From positions 1-64,000 of the IMG/VR virus record IMGVR_UViG_3300036399_001571: a DNA stretch of 64,000 nucleotides. One strand, 5' to 3'. This DNA comes from a virus. Made by a program: the position numbers and the translations under genes. This document shows, in pieces, positions 28,410 through 38,084 of this stretch. The notes beneath the pieces are model-generated. The model worked only from the letters and a program-made list of their open reading frames with translations, was not told the DNA's origin and ran no database searches. The stretch's first letter is position 1; each line of letters begins with the position of its first letter.

Positions 28410-28787
28410 ATGACTACCCCTAACATTGTAAATAGAGAAAAAGGCTCGTCTCACCCGCTTCAGCCTGGACAGTTTTATAAGGGAATCGTTGAATATGTTA
28501 ACGATTCTGGTCTTGTGACGGTCAAAGTAAACGCACTTGGTGCTTCATTCGGCCCGGTTGCGCCGGTTGGGGTGACTACCCTCAATAAGCTCAACAAGGA
28601 TGACGTCGTAACGTGCACATTTACTGATGAATTTTTTACTGAATTGATAGTTTTTGGTTCTTCCAATATAAAAGCCGATGTATTTGCATCGAAGGTTGTT
28701 GTCGACGGTCTTGTAGCCACAATAACAAGTCTTCAGAGTCAAATCACAGCCCTCGATGGGCGCGTAACCACATTGGAGAACGCATAA
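28410..28787 (+). CDS. Baseplate spike-like protein (OB-fold N-terminus, coiled-coil end)
   Basis: YKGIVEYV...VTVKV...GDDVV-type pattern; position after the hub. Confidence 0.55.
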   Translation: MTTPNIVNREKGSSHPLQPGQFYKGIVEYVNDSGLVTVKVNALGASFGPVAPVGVTTLNKLNKDDVVTCTFTDEFFTELIVFGSSNIKADVFASKVVVDGLVATITSLQSQITALDGRVTTLENA

Positions 28788-29095
28788 TGGACATGATTAA
28801 ATTTCCAGTAAAGTTTGACAGAAGCGGTTTACAAAAACACAGAGATGGGAGCGAGGACTACTACGCCCAGCTCTTGACAATATCAATTCTCACAGAGCCA
28901 AGAACACACGTATTCTCTCCACGTTTTGGCGTTCTTGACCCATCATTTCGCGGAATTGACAAGGGCGTATTTATTTTAAATGCTGCGAGATTCGTGCCTG
29001 AAGTACAAATAACAAACTTAAATACGAATATCAATACAAATGGGAACGAAATGAAAGTTGAGTTTTCTTTTAGGGTTAAAGGCGAGGTTAGATAA
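28787..29095 (+). CDS. Baseplate wedge gp25/gpW-like
   Basis: IKFPVKF, LTEPRTHVFSPRFG; position before J. Confidence 0.7.
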   Translation: MDMIKFPVKFDRSGLQKHRDGSEDYYAQLLTISILTEPRTHVFSPRFGVLDPSFRGIDKGVFILNAARFVPEVQITNLNTNINTNGNEMKVEFSFRVKGEVR

Positions 29096-30543
29096 TGGCC
29101 GCAGATTTTTCCAAATATATCGACCTAAGCATATTTGATGCTGAGCCAGGCGACATTTATTTTGACGCGATAGAAGCTGCAAGATTAACTCTTCCTGAAT
29201 TCAATCTGCGCGTAGGAACTCCAGAGGACGCAATATTTCAAGCTGCAGCATATATTGGCTCGTTGAGTATTGCATCAATAAACAGACTTCCAGACAGGTT
29301 GATGGAAGGAATAATGAACATACTTGGCTACTCAAAGCAGCAGGCTGTTTCGGCCGAGGTCGACGTAACCATAACTCTCGATTCTTATTCGGGCGGAACG
29401 ATTCCTGCTGGAACAATATTTAGTTATGAGACATTATTTGAAGACGAAGTGACAGAATTTGCTTTTCAGACTTCCACAACAGTTGTTATTGAAGGGATTG
29501 AGAACCCTGGACCAGAAGACGACTTGCCTAGTGCCTCGGTAACAGTATCCTGCCTGACTCCAGGAATAATCCCACCAATAACCACGCCGGGGACAGAACT
29601 TAATGTAATCAGTGCTGGAACAAATATATTTTCCGTAGTTACTTTTTCAAATTTTACAAACGGCATAAATGCGGATGAGGATTCAGATTACTTGTCTAAA
29701 TCCGCAACATATCTTCGCTCGCTGAGTTCCGCTATAAATAAATCATCACAGCTTGATGCATATGTTATATCAAGCTATCCAGATGTTGTTGGTCGCGCTA
29801 AATCATATGACCTAACAGATGGCGACCCAGGACTTGGCGATATATCTGTTCCAAGACAGTCGAACGTTGTGACAACATTTCTTAATACAAACCTTGCTAC
29901 TGTTGAGACTGACGAAAATCACCTATTTGTTGTTGGAGACGTTGTTACCCTTGAAAACTGTGGAGCTTCATTTAACGGACAAAGAACAATCACTGGAGCA
30001 TCAGACACAACATTTTCTTTTGTTAGCGTAAACACAAACTCTGGAAGCACAAGCATAACTGGAACAGCATCTGCTGGAATCGAAAATCCTGGCAATGTTT
30101 CACTATTCACTTATGGACTTAATACTTTTTTAACAAGTACCGAAAAAGAAACGATACTCCTAGATATCACAGATAGGTCTGTTGCTGGTCTTTCCTTCAA
30201 TGTGCTTGATGCAAATCTATTAACAATGGAGTTGGTTGCATCTATTGTTCTTGACCCATCATTTGTGCAAGAGACATTGCAGGAGAATATTGAAAACAAT
30301 ATAGTTGCATATCTATCCCCAGCTGAATTTCCATTTGGTGATGACAGGGTTAGAAAAACACGTCTTATTTCTTTAATTAGTAATATCCCTGGTGTAATTT
30401 ATGTTGAGTCTCTTTCAATAACTGGAACAAATAATGGATGGCTGCCTCAGTTTGGTGACGATATTCTCTTTTTGAATAAAGGCTCTCTCCCGCTTATCTC
30501 TGCAGAAGATTTGACTATAACTTATACATTGGCGCCTGAATGA
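29095..30543 (+). CDS. Baseplate J-like protein
   Basis: IPAGTIF, GINADEDSDYL, VGRAKSYD and IPGVIYV. Confidence 0.85.
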   Translation: MAADFSKYIDLSIFDAEPGDIYFDAIEAARLTLPEFNLRVGTPEDAIFQAAAYIGSLSIASINRLPDRLMEGIMNILGYSKQQAVSAEVDVTITLDSYSGGTIPAGTIFSYETLFEDEVTEFAFQTSTTVVIEGIENPGPEDDLPSASVTVSCLTPGIIPPITTPGTELNVISAGTNIFSVVTFSNFTNGINADEDSDYLSKSATYLRSLSSAINKSSQLDAYVISSYPDVVGRAKSYDLTDGDPGLGDISVPRQSNVVTTFLNTNLATVETDENHLFVVGDVVTLENCGASFNGQRTITGASDTTFSFVSVNTNSGSTSITGTASAGIENPGNVSLFTYGLNTFLTSTEKETILLDITDRSVAGLSFNVLDANLLTMELVASIVLDPSFVQETLQENIENNIVAYLSPAEFPFGDDRVRKTRLISLISNIPGVIYVESLSITGTNNGWLPQFGDDILFLNKGSLPLISAEDLTITYTLAPE

Positions 30544-30544
30544 T

Positions 30545-32071
30545 ATGGCAACAACAGTAAACCTCCTATCGGCTGACAGCGCCCTGCTGAGGTCAACATC
30601 TGCAAGCGTCACTATCCCTATTTCTTCCTCTGGAACAGAATGGATTTCAACAAATAGCACGCTCAGCGTTATACCAACTGAATTCATCACAAACTTGCGG
30701 TACGTTCTACGAATTGCGCCTTCTGGTTCTGGTGATATAACCATAATTCTAGATGAGCAACTTTTAAGACTTGCTGAAAATGGAGAAACATTATCCTTTA
30801 ACGCAAAGATAAGACCATCTTCCGAATGCACTATTACTTCTCAGCTCGTGGTTGATGGCGAGACCGCAATCGACCCTCATCAACAAAGTCTTTCTGGTGG
30901 AGTGTATGGTGCCATACAGTCAAATACTGTTTTGGTTCCAGATGATGAGCAAGTGCATTCTGTTTCCGCATCAATAACGGTATCTGGTCATGGTGGTGGA
31001 AATATATACTTAACCTATCCAAACCTAATTAATGACAGAGCTTTCTACAACAATCAATACATACCGCTGTCTAGAAACTTCATGCCAGATTTCTATTGGG
31101 AAATAGATAGCGCAGAGCAGTATCCGACTGCTCCATTTCATAGATTAATCGATGTTCTCACATCTGCAGGAAATGAGGTAATGGCCGAGTACCAATCAAT
31201 ATATCCATTTGAACGTAACGAAATCAGTAACGCAGAACAGCTTGCAGAGCTAGAAATAAACAGCTCTCTTACAAATCCTGCATTTGTAAAAGACAAGTAC
31301 ATTAACTGGCTCTCTCAGTTCAGCGGCTCCGGTATTCGAAAAAATATTTCCAAATCAGATGGGTCACGATTTTTTGAAACTTATGGGGAAGAAAGAGAAT
31401 TCATAGAATGGCAGCTGCTTACATCCTATTATGGACGTGGTTCTGGTACTCGAGGTGCTTTACTCAACTCGGCAAAGCAAGTGCTAATAAAAACCAAAGA
31501 CGATACCGAATCATCAAGAAGCGTTTCTATAACTCCAAACTACAACGGGGATAATTGGAGCTTTCTTGTAAGAACTCTAGAGAACGAAACGCCAGATGCA
31601 TCAAACGGTGAATCCAGCCATCTCGTCCTTGCTGCAATGGAACCAGCAAGGCCAATGGGTTATAAAATTTACCATAGCACCGTTGATGAGTTCTATTTAA
31701 CACTTAACGATATATCATTTGGGCGTCTCTCGGAGATAAGACTTGGTGTCGTTGTTGCCCCCACAGACGCTCCAGACAGCATTACCGTGACCTCTGTGAC
31801 GTCTACAAGTGCAACCCTTACGTTCTTGCCACTTTCTGTTCCAGGGGGCGGAGATGGTGGTGGAATCATCTCGAATTACCAGTATGCGCTGTCAACAAAT
31901 GGGACAACTTATGGTTCATACACAGCACTGTCGCCTGCAAAGGGGAGCCCGCCCATCACCATAACAGGGCTTAGTAGTTCAACAAATTATTGGGTCAAGT
32001 TGAAAGCGGTTAATGAAGCTGGTGTTAGCGCAGTTGAATCAGCCGCCGTTACCTTCACGACTTCGGCATAA
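30545..32071 (+). CDS. Baseplate wedge/tail I-like protein with C-terminal FN3 domain
   Basis: YINWLSQFSG, YGRGSGTRGAL and ARPMGY; the C-terminus PDAP...NYQY...ITGL...Y.VKLKAVN.AG is FN3-like. Confidence 0.7.
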   Translation: MATTVNLLSADSALLRSTSASVTIPISSSGTEWISTNSTLSVIPTEFITNLRYVLRIAPSGSGDITIILDEQLLRLAENGETLSFNAKIRPSSECTITSQLVVDGETAIDPHQQSLSGGVYGAIQSNTVLVPDDEQVHSVSASITVSGHGGGNIYLTYPNLINDRAFYNNQYIPLSRNFMPDFYWEIDSAEQYPTAPFHRLIDVLTSAGNEVMAEYQSIYPFERNEISNAEQLAELEINSSLTNPAFVKDKYINWLSQFSGSGIRKNISKSDGSRFFETYGEEREFIEWQLLTSYYGRGSGTRGALLNSAKQVLIKTKDDTESSRSVSITPNYNGDNWSFLVRTLENETPDASNGESSHLVLAAMEPARPMGYKIYHSTVDEFYLTLNDISFGRLSEIRLGVVVAPTDAPDSITVTSVTSTSATLTFLPLSVPGGGDGGGIISNYQYALSTNGTTYGSYTALSPAKGSPPITITGLSSSTNYWVKLKAVNEAGVSAVESAAVTFTTSA

Positions 32072-32078
32072 ATAAAAA

Positions 32079-32087
32079 TGATAAACT
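32079..32087 (+). promoter_or_regulatory. Extended -10 promoter element
   Basis: TGATAAACT upstream of 32116. Confidence 0.4.
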
Positions 32088-32115
32088 TTTCACTTAATAA
32101 TAAGGAGATTTAAAA

Positions 32116-33093
32116 ATGGCTGGCTCAGGAATCAGGGTATTTGCTTCTGGAGAGATACTCACGGCAGCACAGGTTAATGGCTATCTCATGGACCAGACTG
32201 TCACCCGTTTCGCGGACGCCGCAACTCGCGACGCCGCTTTTGGCGGAGTGGGGCAGCCAGCGCTAGATGAGGGCCGTATTTGCTACCTCGATGATGTGAA
32301 CTTAATTCAATTTTTTGACGGCGCTACATGGGTTGACTCAGCCCAGTTTACCGTAGGCGACGGAACAATCTCTAACGTAAAGCTTGCTGCAAACTCTGTA
32401 ACATCAGACAAAATTGCTCCGGGAACCGTAATCGCGGCGGATATAGCTGCTGGAACAATCACGGCAACAGAGTTGGCAGATGGGGCGGTTACTTCAGGCA
32501 AAATTCTTAACGACACCATTGTCAACGCCGATATAAACAGTTCCGCGGCAATTGCTGACACCAAGCTTGCAACAATTTCAACTGCTGGAAAAGTTTCTAA
32601 CTCGGCAACAACTGCTACAGATGCCAACACTGCTTCCGCGATAGTGGCCCGAGATGCTTCTGGAAACTTTGTTGCTGGAAAAGCAACGCTTGCAACGGCA
32701 GATGTAACCACAGTAATTGAAATGGCAAATATTGTTTCAGCTTCAGCCAATGGGACAATCAATATTGATTTCAACACAAATCCAACTGTGTACTACACCG
32801 GAAATGCATCAGCTGACTGGACGCTAAACGTAAGAGGAACATCAAGCGTCTCTCTTAATGACACTATCTCAACTGGACAAATTGCTACAGTGACTTTTCT
32901 TGCAACGATAGGTACGACGCAGAGAAGACCGACTGTATTCCAAGTCGACGGTTCAGCTATTACGCCAAAGTGGATGGGTGGAGCAGCTCCAACTATCGGA
33001 AATGCAAGCTCGATAGACGCCTATACGCTGGCAATTATAAAGACTGGTAGCGCTGCGTTCACGATGCTTGCGAGTCAGACAAGATTCGCATAA
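32116..33093 (+). CDS. Tail fibre-like structural protein
   Basis: F.SGEILTAAQVN N-terminus, low-complexity I.A..I repeats, VARDASGNF, and a beta-rich C-terminus. Confidence 0.7.
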   Translation: MAGSGIRVFASGEILTAAQVNGYLMDQTVTRFADAATRDAAFGGVGQPALDEGRICYLDDVNLIQFFDGATWVDSAQFTVGDGTISNVKLAANSVTSDKIAPGTVIAADIAAGTITATELADGAVTSGKILNDTIVNADINSSAAIADTKLATISTAGKVSNSATTATDANTASAIVARDASGNFVAGKATLATADVTTVIEMANIVSASANGTINIDFNTNPTVYYTGNASADWTLNVRGTSSVSLNDTISTGQIATVTFLATIGTTQRRPTVFQVDGSAITPKWMGGAAPTIGNASSIDAYTLAIIKTGSAAFTMLASQTRFA

Positions 33094-33099
33094 AAATAT

Positions 33100-34035
33100 A
33101 TGCCATTTGTCAATCGCATCGGAAGCGGAGCAACCCGCAAGTTCGGGTTTGGGACAGGGGTTAAACCTGGCGCACCAACGATTGGGACGGCCACACGGGG
33201 AGACCAGCAGGCAAGCGTTGTTTTTACTGAACCCGCAGTACTTGGAACTGGGGCACCTACGTATACGGCTACTTCAAGCCCAGGTGGCTTAACGGCGTCC
33301 GGTGCAAGCTCGCCAGTCGTGGTTACAGGTTTAACAAACGGTACCGAATACACATTTACAGTCACGGCATCCAACTCTTTTGGCTCGTCGACATCTGGGT
33401 CTTCAAATTCAGTGACCCCAGCAGGAGTTCCAGCTACACCTTCAGCTCCAACGCAATCTGCAGGGAACGCTTCAGTCGCCCTCTCATGGACTGCACCATC
33501 GGCCAATGGTTCTGCAATTACCGATTACAAGATTTACTACGCAACTTCAGAAGCCGGCACTTACACGCTATTCAGCGACACCGTAAGCACCACTACGTCA
33601 GTCACGGTTACTGGACTAACGAATGGCACAGCCTATTACTTCAAGATTGCCGCAGTAAACTCAGTTGGAGATAGCGCCCTGTCTGCTGCTTCTGCTTCTT
33701 CCACTCCTGCCGCTCCACCGTTCTTCCCGTTCTTCCCTACCTTCGCTCCACCGTTCTTCCCGTTCTTCCCGTTCTTCCCTGACTTCGTCGACCCATGTGC
33801 TGGCGTGAATTGCGCTGCATACGGAGCCCCACCAGGGGGAGTATGGCAATCACAGGGATTTAACACCCAACCTTGGGACCCACACTGCATTAATGCAGGA
33901 TACCCTGCAGACCCACCATACTGCTGTAACTTTGGCACCAACACATGTGGGAGCGGTAATTCGTATTGGACCTCGTATATCAGCTCAGATGGTTGTTGTC
34001 AATTTAACTTGTATGTATACTGTGCTTGCAGTTAA
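33100..34035 (+). CDS. FN3 x2 + Pro/Phe repeat + Cys-rich C-terminal protein (putative fibre/decoration)
   Basis: Two FN3 units (PGAPTIGTA..TGLTNGTEYTFTVTASN; PATPSAP..TGLTNGTAYYFKIAAVN), PPFFPFFPTFAPPFFPFFPFFPDF, then 10 Cys. Confidence 0.8.
   Translation: MPFVNRIGSGATRKFGFGTGVKPGAPTIGTATRGDQQASVVFTEPAVLGTGAPTYTATSSPGGLTASGASSPVVVTGLTNGTEYTFTVTASNSFGSSTSGSSNSVTPAGVPATPSAPTQSAGNASVALSWTAPSANGSAITDYKIYYATSEAGTYTLFSDTVSTTTSVTVTGLTNGTAYYFKIAAVNSVGDSALSAASASSTPAAPPFFPFFPTFAPPFFPFFPFFPDFVDPCAGVNCAAYGAPPGGVWQSQGFNTQPWDPHCINAGYPADPPYCCNFGTNTCGSGNSYWTSYISSDGCCQFNLYVYCACS
33715..33786 (+). repeat. PFF-type coding repeat
   Basis: CCGTTCTTC units encoding PPFFPFFPTFAPPFFPFFPFFPDF. Confidence 0.9.
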
Positions 34036-34072
34036 GATGTTCACAACCAACACGCTAAAGGATTGACTATCA

Positions 34073-34306
34073 ATGGAACCAATTAACATTTATCCGCAAG
34101 ATAACCCGGACAACTTTCTATGGGTTGCTTTTGTCGTTGATGGAGAGGTTGGGGTCAAAATGCCGTTTCCACTACAAGCAAACCTATTGACAGCGGTTAT
34201 GTCATCAAACCCACAGGCTATTGTCATCACTGAAGAAGACAGACTCAATGTTACAACCGGATGGACATATAGTGACGGAGTATTCAGTCCGCCGGCAGGT
34301 GAGTGA
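34073..34306 (+). CDS. Small VVDGEV protein (paralog of 63253-63498)
   Basis: AFVVDGEV..AVMSSNPQAIVI..GWTYSDGVFSPP. Confidence 0.75.
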   Translation: MEPINIYPQDNPDNFLWVAFVVDGEVGVKMPFPLQANLLTAVMSSNPQAIVITEEDRLNVTTGWTYSDGVFSPPAGE

Positions 34307-34536
34307 GAATGACGCCATGGCAGGAATATAAGAAAAAACTTGGCACGACCAGGCCATGGGACATGGTCAATCCAAAAGCTGAGCATGTTTCGGTAGAGGA
34401 GGCTACGGCGCGTATGGATATATGCGAATTGTGCCCAAGTCTTCTAGGGGCTACTCATCAATGCAAGGAGTGCGGATGTTTCATGAAGTTGAAGACGAAA
34501 CTCAAGAACGCTGAGTGCCCTCTTGGAAAATGGTAA
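34303..34536 (+). CDS. Small Cys-rich metal-binding protein (DUF6171-like)
   Basis: RMDICELC, QCKECGCFM and AECPLGKW. Confidence 0.7.
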   Translation: MRMTPWQEYKKKLGTTRPWDMVNPKAEHVSVEEATARMDICELCPSLLGATHQCKECGCFMKLKTKLKNAECPLGKW

Positions 34537-34552
34537 TTTCAATCACTAATCT

Positions 34553-35212
34553 TTAATACCTGTTTCTTTCGTAAAAACCTATTTCTTTTACGAAACCAAC
34601 TACAACATACCTCACTGGTCCATCAGAAACAGTCTTTACCCCATGTTCGTACTCGCTGTTGCCAGGGAAAAATAAAAGGTCTTTTGGATTTGGTTTCAAG
34701 GCAATTTCACGATTCTTGAAGAAAATCTCCCCAGAATTGTAATCATCGTTTATATATAGTATTGAGGCATACCTGATTGACGGGTCAGTATGTTGGTCAA
34801 CATGTGATTTCAATTCCGTGCCGGGTGGCAATCTTTGCACGGTTGATAAACCGCTAAGAGTTAGAGATTGGTCGCATTCAAGTATCATTGATGACAAGCG
34901 GCGATGAATAGAGCGACAAACACCAAGATGCTCAATACCTAGTGTCTTGTCTGAAAAACCATGGGTGATTTCAAATTTTCCCTCTGCAATCAAGTTGTCA
35001 ATATCGGTTCTTCCAAACTTGAGCTTGCAAAAATTAACAACACCAGACATGTAGTGGGTTTCCCAATCTTTTTGCGTAGTGTTCTCTATTGCACTAGTTA
35101 TCGCATCTAGCTCTTCCTGTGTTATGAAATTTTTAATCCGAATCAACTCGTCGGTAATTTCTTCAAATTCCAGATTATTCAACTTGAGTTGAAGCAGAAA
35201 GTTCTCAATCAT
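34553..35212 (-). CDS. 2OG-Fe(II) dioxygenase (P4H-like)
   Basis: HVD, YINDDYNSGE, HGV and R motifs. Confidence 0.9.
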   Translation of the reverse strand: MIENFLLQLKLNNLEFEEITDELIRIKNFITQEELDAITSAIENTTQKDWETHYMSGVVNFCKLKFGRTDIDNLIAEGKFEITHGFSDKTLGIEHLGVCRSIHRRLSSMILECDQSLTLSGLSTVQRLPPGTELKSHVDQHTDPSIRYASILYINDDYNSGEIFFKNREIALKPNPKDLLFFPGNSEYEHGVKTVSDGPVRYVVVGFVKEIGFYERNRY

Positions 35213-35901
35213 TGGCGACACCACAAACAGTCACAATATTCCTCAACAAAATAACTATGATTCATTTGTTTTTCATTTCTAAGCCTATAATCTGTATCTG
35301 GCTTGTAGTCTCTGCTATGAGTGACATATCGCTGGTCGAATATCTGCGCCACTTTAGACCTGTTAGAAGCAACTGTTTTTCTAAATAAGTGATGTGTAGG
35401 TGTTTTTTTTGGTTTTGCATTATTTTTGAGTCTTTCTTCATTTTCTTCAAAATGTTTTTTTACGTCAGCTAAAAGACTAAGACCTATTTCACTATGTAAT
35501 TTAAGAATAAAATTACAATTGTTGGACCCAGGAAGCCCATTTACTTGGTCCCCATTTGGCAAGGCAACCATTTCTATTGTGTGGTTTAATTCATGAAGTA
35601 TTGGCTCTATATTTAATATTGGAATTGAATCCAAATCCGCATACATGCCGCCGTAAAAACAGGTCACAGAATATCTCCAGATATCCGATTGAGTCATTCC
35701 TGAATAATTGTCATATATTTCGGCCTCAATTGGAGATAGGCATAAAATATTTATTACTTCTTCGCGTCTTTCTTTGGGGTTTTTAAAACAATATTTCCAA
35801 TCTGGATATGTGTTTTTCCATAAGTTGCAGCATTTTTTGAAAGATTCATGAAGTTCTTCAAAGTCGCACTCATATGTTTGAAATATGTTTTTATTCCACA
35901 T
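35209..35901 (-). CDS. Glycosyltransferase, GT32/OCH1-like
   Basis: IFQTY, YPDWKY and SDIWRY...GGMYADLD (DXD). Confidence 0.85.
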   Translation of the reverse strand: MWNKNIFQTYECDFEELHESFKKCCNLWKNTYPDWKYCFKNPKERREEVINILCLSPIEAEIYDNYSGMTQSDIWRYSVTCFYGGMYADLDSIPILNIEPILHELNHTIEMVALPNGDQVNGLPGSNNCNFILKLHSEIGLSLLADVKKHFEENEERLKNNAKPKKTPTHHLFRKTVASNRSKVAQIFDQRYVTHSRDYKPDTDYRLRNEKQMNHSYFVEEYCDCLWCRQ

Positions 35902-35930
35902 TTCAAATTCTTACACTGTTATATAATTTT

Positions 35931-36635
35931 TTATTTTGTTGTGTCATTCACATATAATCTTAACACTTTTGCTTCGTGCGAACCTATGGATTCGTTCTTC
36001 TCGTTTACTGCATCCCTGTACCAGTCGGTGAACTCTCCAGCTCGATTAAGTTTTTGCGCTGCGTACCCATAGCTCGAATTTGCTTTAAGTCTTGTGTTTT
36101 CTGGGTCCGAATAAGTTGTGATATTTATTGACGAATTATTTAAAGCAGTTAGCGATATAGGGATTATTGTGGCAATTGGTGTTCCAGCTATTATTCGTGT
36201 CTCCGCATTGGCATTTTTTGCTTTTATTGCCAGAGGTATCGGGTGGTCATAAAATGACGTGCTAATAAAGTTGGACATTGTCTCAAAATCATTATTAAAA
36301 TAATTGACTGGATTGATTGTCCAAAGACTTATGTCTTCGGCGGTTCTAAAAATTAGTCCGGTGTTTAAACTTATCGAAGACTGACCCCTGCCAGCATATG
36401 CATCAATAGGGCTTGTTATTTTTATATGGTCTGGGGTCTGGTCGTTGATTCCGTCCCATGTGAAAACTATGTCTTCTTTACAGGAGAGGCTCCACCCGAC
36501 CACATTCGCCTGCGTGACCGGGAAGCACCTATACGCATGGTTCCCTGATGTTTCGTCCATCCAGTCTCTTTTTACGGACATCTGAGAGATTTCAAAAATT
36601 GAACCGTTTGTTTTTTCAACAGAAATTTCAATCAT
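35931..36635 (-). CDS. DUF6065-like protein
   Basis: HAYRCFPVTQANVVGW and AGTP; paralog of 49466-50167. Confidence 0.65.
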   Translation of the reverse strand: MIEISVEKTNGSIFEISQMSVKRDWMDETSGNHAYRCFPVTQANVVGWSLSCKEDIVFTWDGINDQTPDHIKITSPIDAYAGRGQSSISLNTGLIFRTAEDISLWTINPVNYFNNDFETMSNFISTSFYDHPIPLAIKAKNANAETRIIAGTPIATIIPISLTALNNSSINITTYSDPENTRLKANSSYGYAAQKLNRAGEFTDWYRDAVNEKNESIGSHEAKVLRLYVNDTTK

Positions 36636-37297
36636 TTCTCATCATTCCATTTCCTGTCGTACATATCTGGCGTATGATATTTTTTGCTGTAATCAAGCAT
36701 GGTTACGATTGAGTACTTTGTCCCTGCGGTCACCGGCATGGCTTGATGTGGGTACATGTAGTTTGACGGAAATACATAAAGGTCTCCTGCCTGTGGTTTT
36801 ATTTTTAAATTTTGCAGTCTAAAAAATAGCTCTCCGCCTTCGTAATCGTCGTTGACATATCCAACCAACGAGACCGTGCAGTTATATGAGAATCCGTGGT
36901 CTTGGTGTTCTTTGAAGTGCTGACCTGGGCCATACTTAACAAAATTCATTGCTTCCCAATACTTGAGGGACGCTATGTTGTGTTCGGAGCGATAGTCTCT
37001 GACGGCCGGAAGTGCGGAATCATAAATGTCCTGCCAAAGCGATTGTAAATTCAAGCTAACAGTGCTTTTGTCGTGTTCAATATCTGTTTTTTTAAATTTA
37101 AAATCAACACAGTCTCTGTACTCTGGCACTAATTCTTGGTATCCAACATATGCTGGCTGCCAACTATAACCAGTTGTATCGCCGACTGGTTTTAGGTTCG
37201 ATTCAATTCTATTGATAACATCAAAACTCGATTTGATTATATTTCTGTAACACTTTATGCCATGCCCAAAATCGATTTTTTCTGTCCATGTTTGCAT
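36632..37297 (-). CDS. 2OG-Fe(II) dioxygenase (HxDHG subfamily)
   Basis: HQDHGFSYNCTVS, YVNDDYEGGEL and HQA..V..GTKY; start moved to MQTW. Confidence 0.9.
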   Translation of the reverse strand: MQTWTEKIDFGHGIKCYRNIIKSSFDVINRIESNLKPVGDTTGYSWQPAYVGYQELVPEYRDCVDFKFKKTDIEHDKSTVSLNLQSLWQDIYDSALPAVRDYRSEHNIASLKYWEAMNFVKYGPGQHFKEHQDHGFSYNCTVSLVGYVNDDYEGGELFFRLQNLKIKPQAGDLYVFPSNYMYPHQAMPVTAGTKYSIVTMLDYSKKYHTPDMYDRKWNDEK

Positions 37298-37307
37298 TTG
37301 AAATGCC

Positions 37308-38084
37308 CTACTTGTATTTTCTTCTTGACCAAATTTTGTTTTTGTAAACCCCACCATCGGGCTGGCGGTAAAATCTTGCATTGTTCATGTATTTGGACTG
37401 CATTTCTTCTTGTCCCAACATTTCCACTTTGTGTTCCCAGTCTTCTCTTTTGAACGGGAAAATCTGGAGATAGGGAGTCCCAGCAGGTATTACGCCCTCC
37501 CAGCCCTCAATGAGGAAAAACGGAAAACTTCCCAGTAAATGAACCTTATCTGAGTCAACGATTCCTGTTGTGTTCAAGAATGGAAGGTCAAACCTATTCA
37601 TCGGCGTCATAAACAAGGCACTATAACCTTCTGGGAGTTCTATGCCCCAGTCAGCAAACCATGCAAAATGGTGGTCGTAATAACCCTGTGGATGTACGAA
37701 ATCCGGCATCGGCGTTCTTGGCGTGCAGAAGTTTTTATACTGACTATTTTCTACCTTGACGTCAATTAAACCTTGAGTGTTTTTGTAAAATGTCAAGTCG
37801 CAAGGAGTTTTAAAAACATATCCGGTTAAAAAGGCGTCCAGAATAGCAGGACAGGCTTTCCATGTCGGAATTTTACCGTAATCGTCTGTTGTTCCTTCTT
37901 TTGGAAATGGACAAATTTCTTTTGTTGCTTTACGGTATTCCCCGTTTAGATTTTTTTCAAAACTGTCAGCATCTTTATACCATTGTGGAGCGGCGCTTTG
38001 TGCTGCTGATGGGGCGTATTTATTTTCTTTGTCCAGCCATGGTCTATGTGGTCTGAATATTGCGATGTTGTATTGCTCGCTCAT
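37308..38084 (-). CDS. DUF6065-related protein
   Basis: KACPAILDAFLTGY, TGIVDSD and IPAGTP. Confidence 0.55.
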   Translation of the reverse strand: MSEQYNIAIFRPHRPWLDKENKYAPSAAQSAAPQWYKDADSFEKNLNGEYRKATKEICPFPKEGTTDDYGKIPTWKACPAILDAFLTGYVFKTPCDLTFYKNTQGLIDVKVENSQYKNFCTPRTPMPDFVHPQGYYDHHFAWFADWGIELPEGYSALFMTPMNRFDLPFLNTTGIVDSDKVHLLGSFPFFLIEGWEGVIPAGTPYLQIFPFKREDWEHKVEMLGQEEMQSKYMNNARFYRQPDGGVYKNKIWSRRKYK

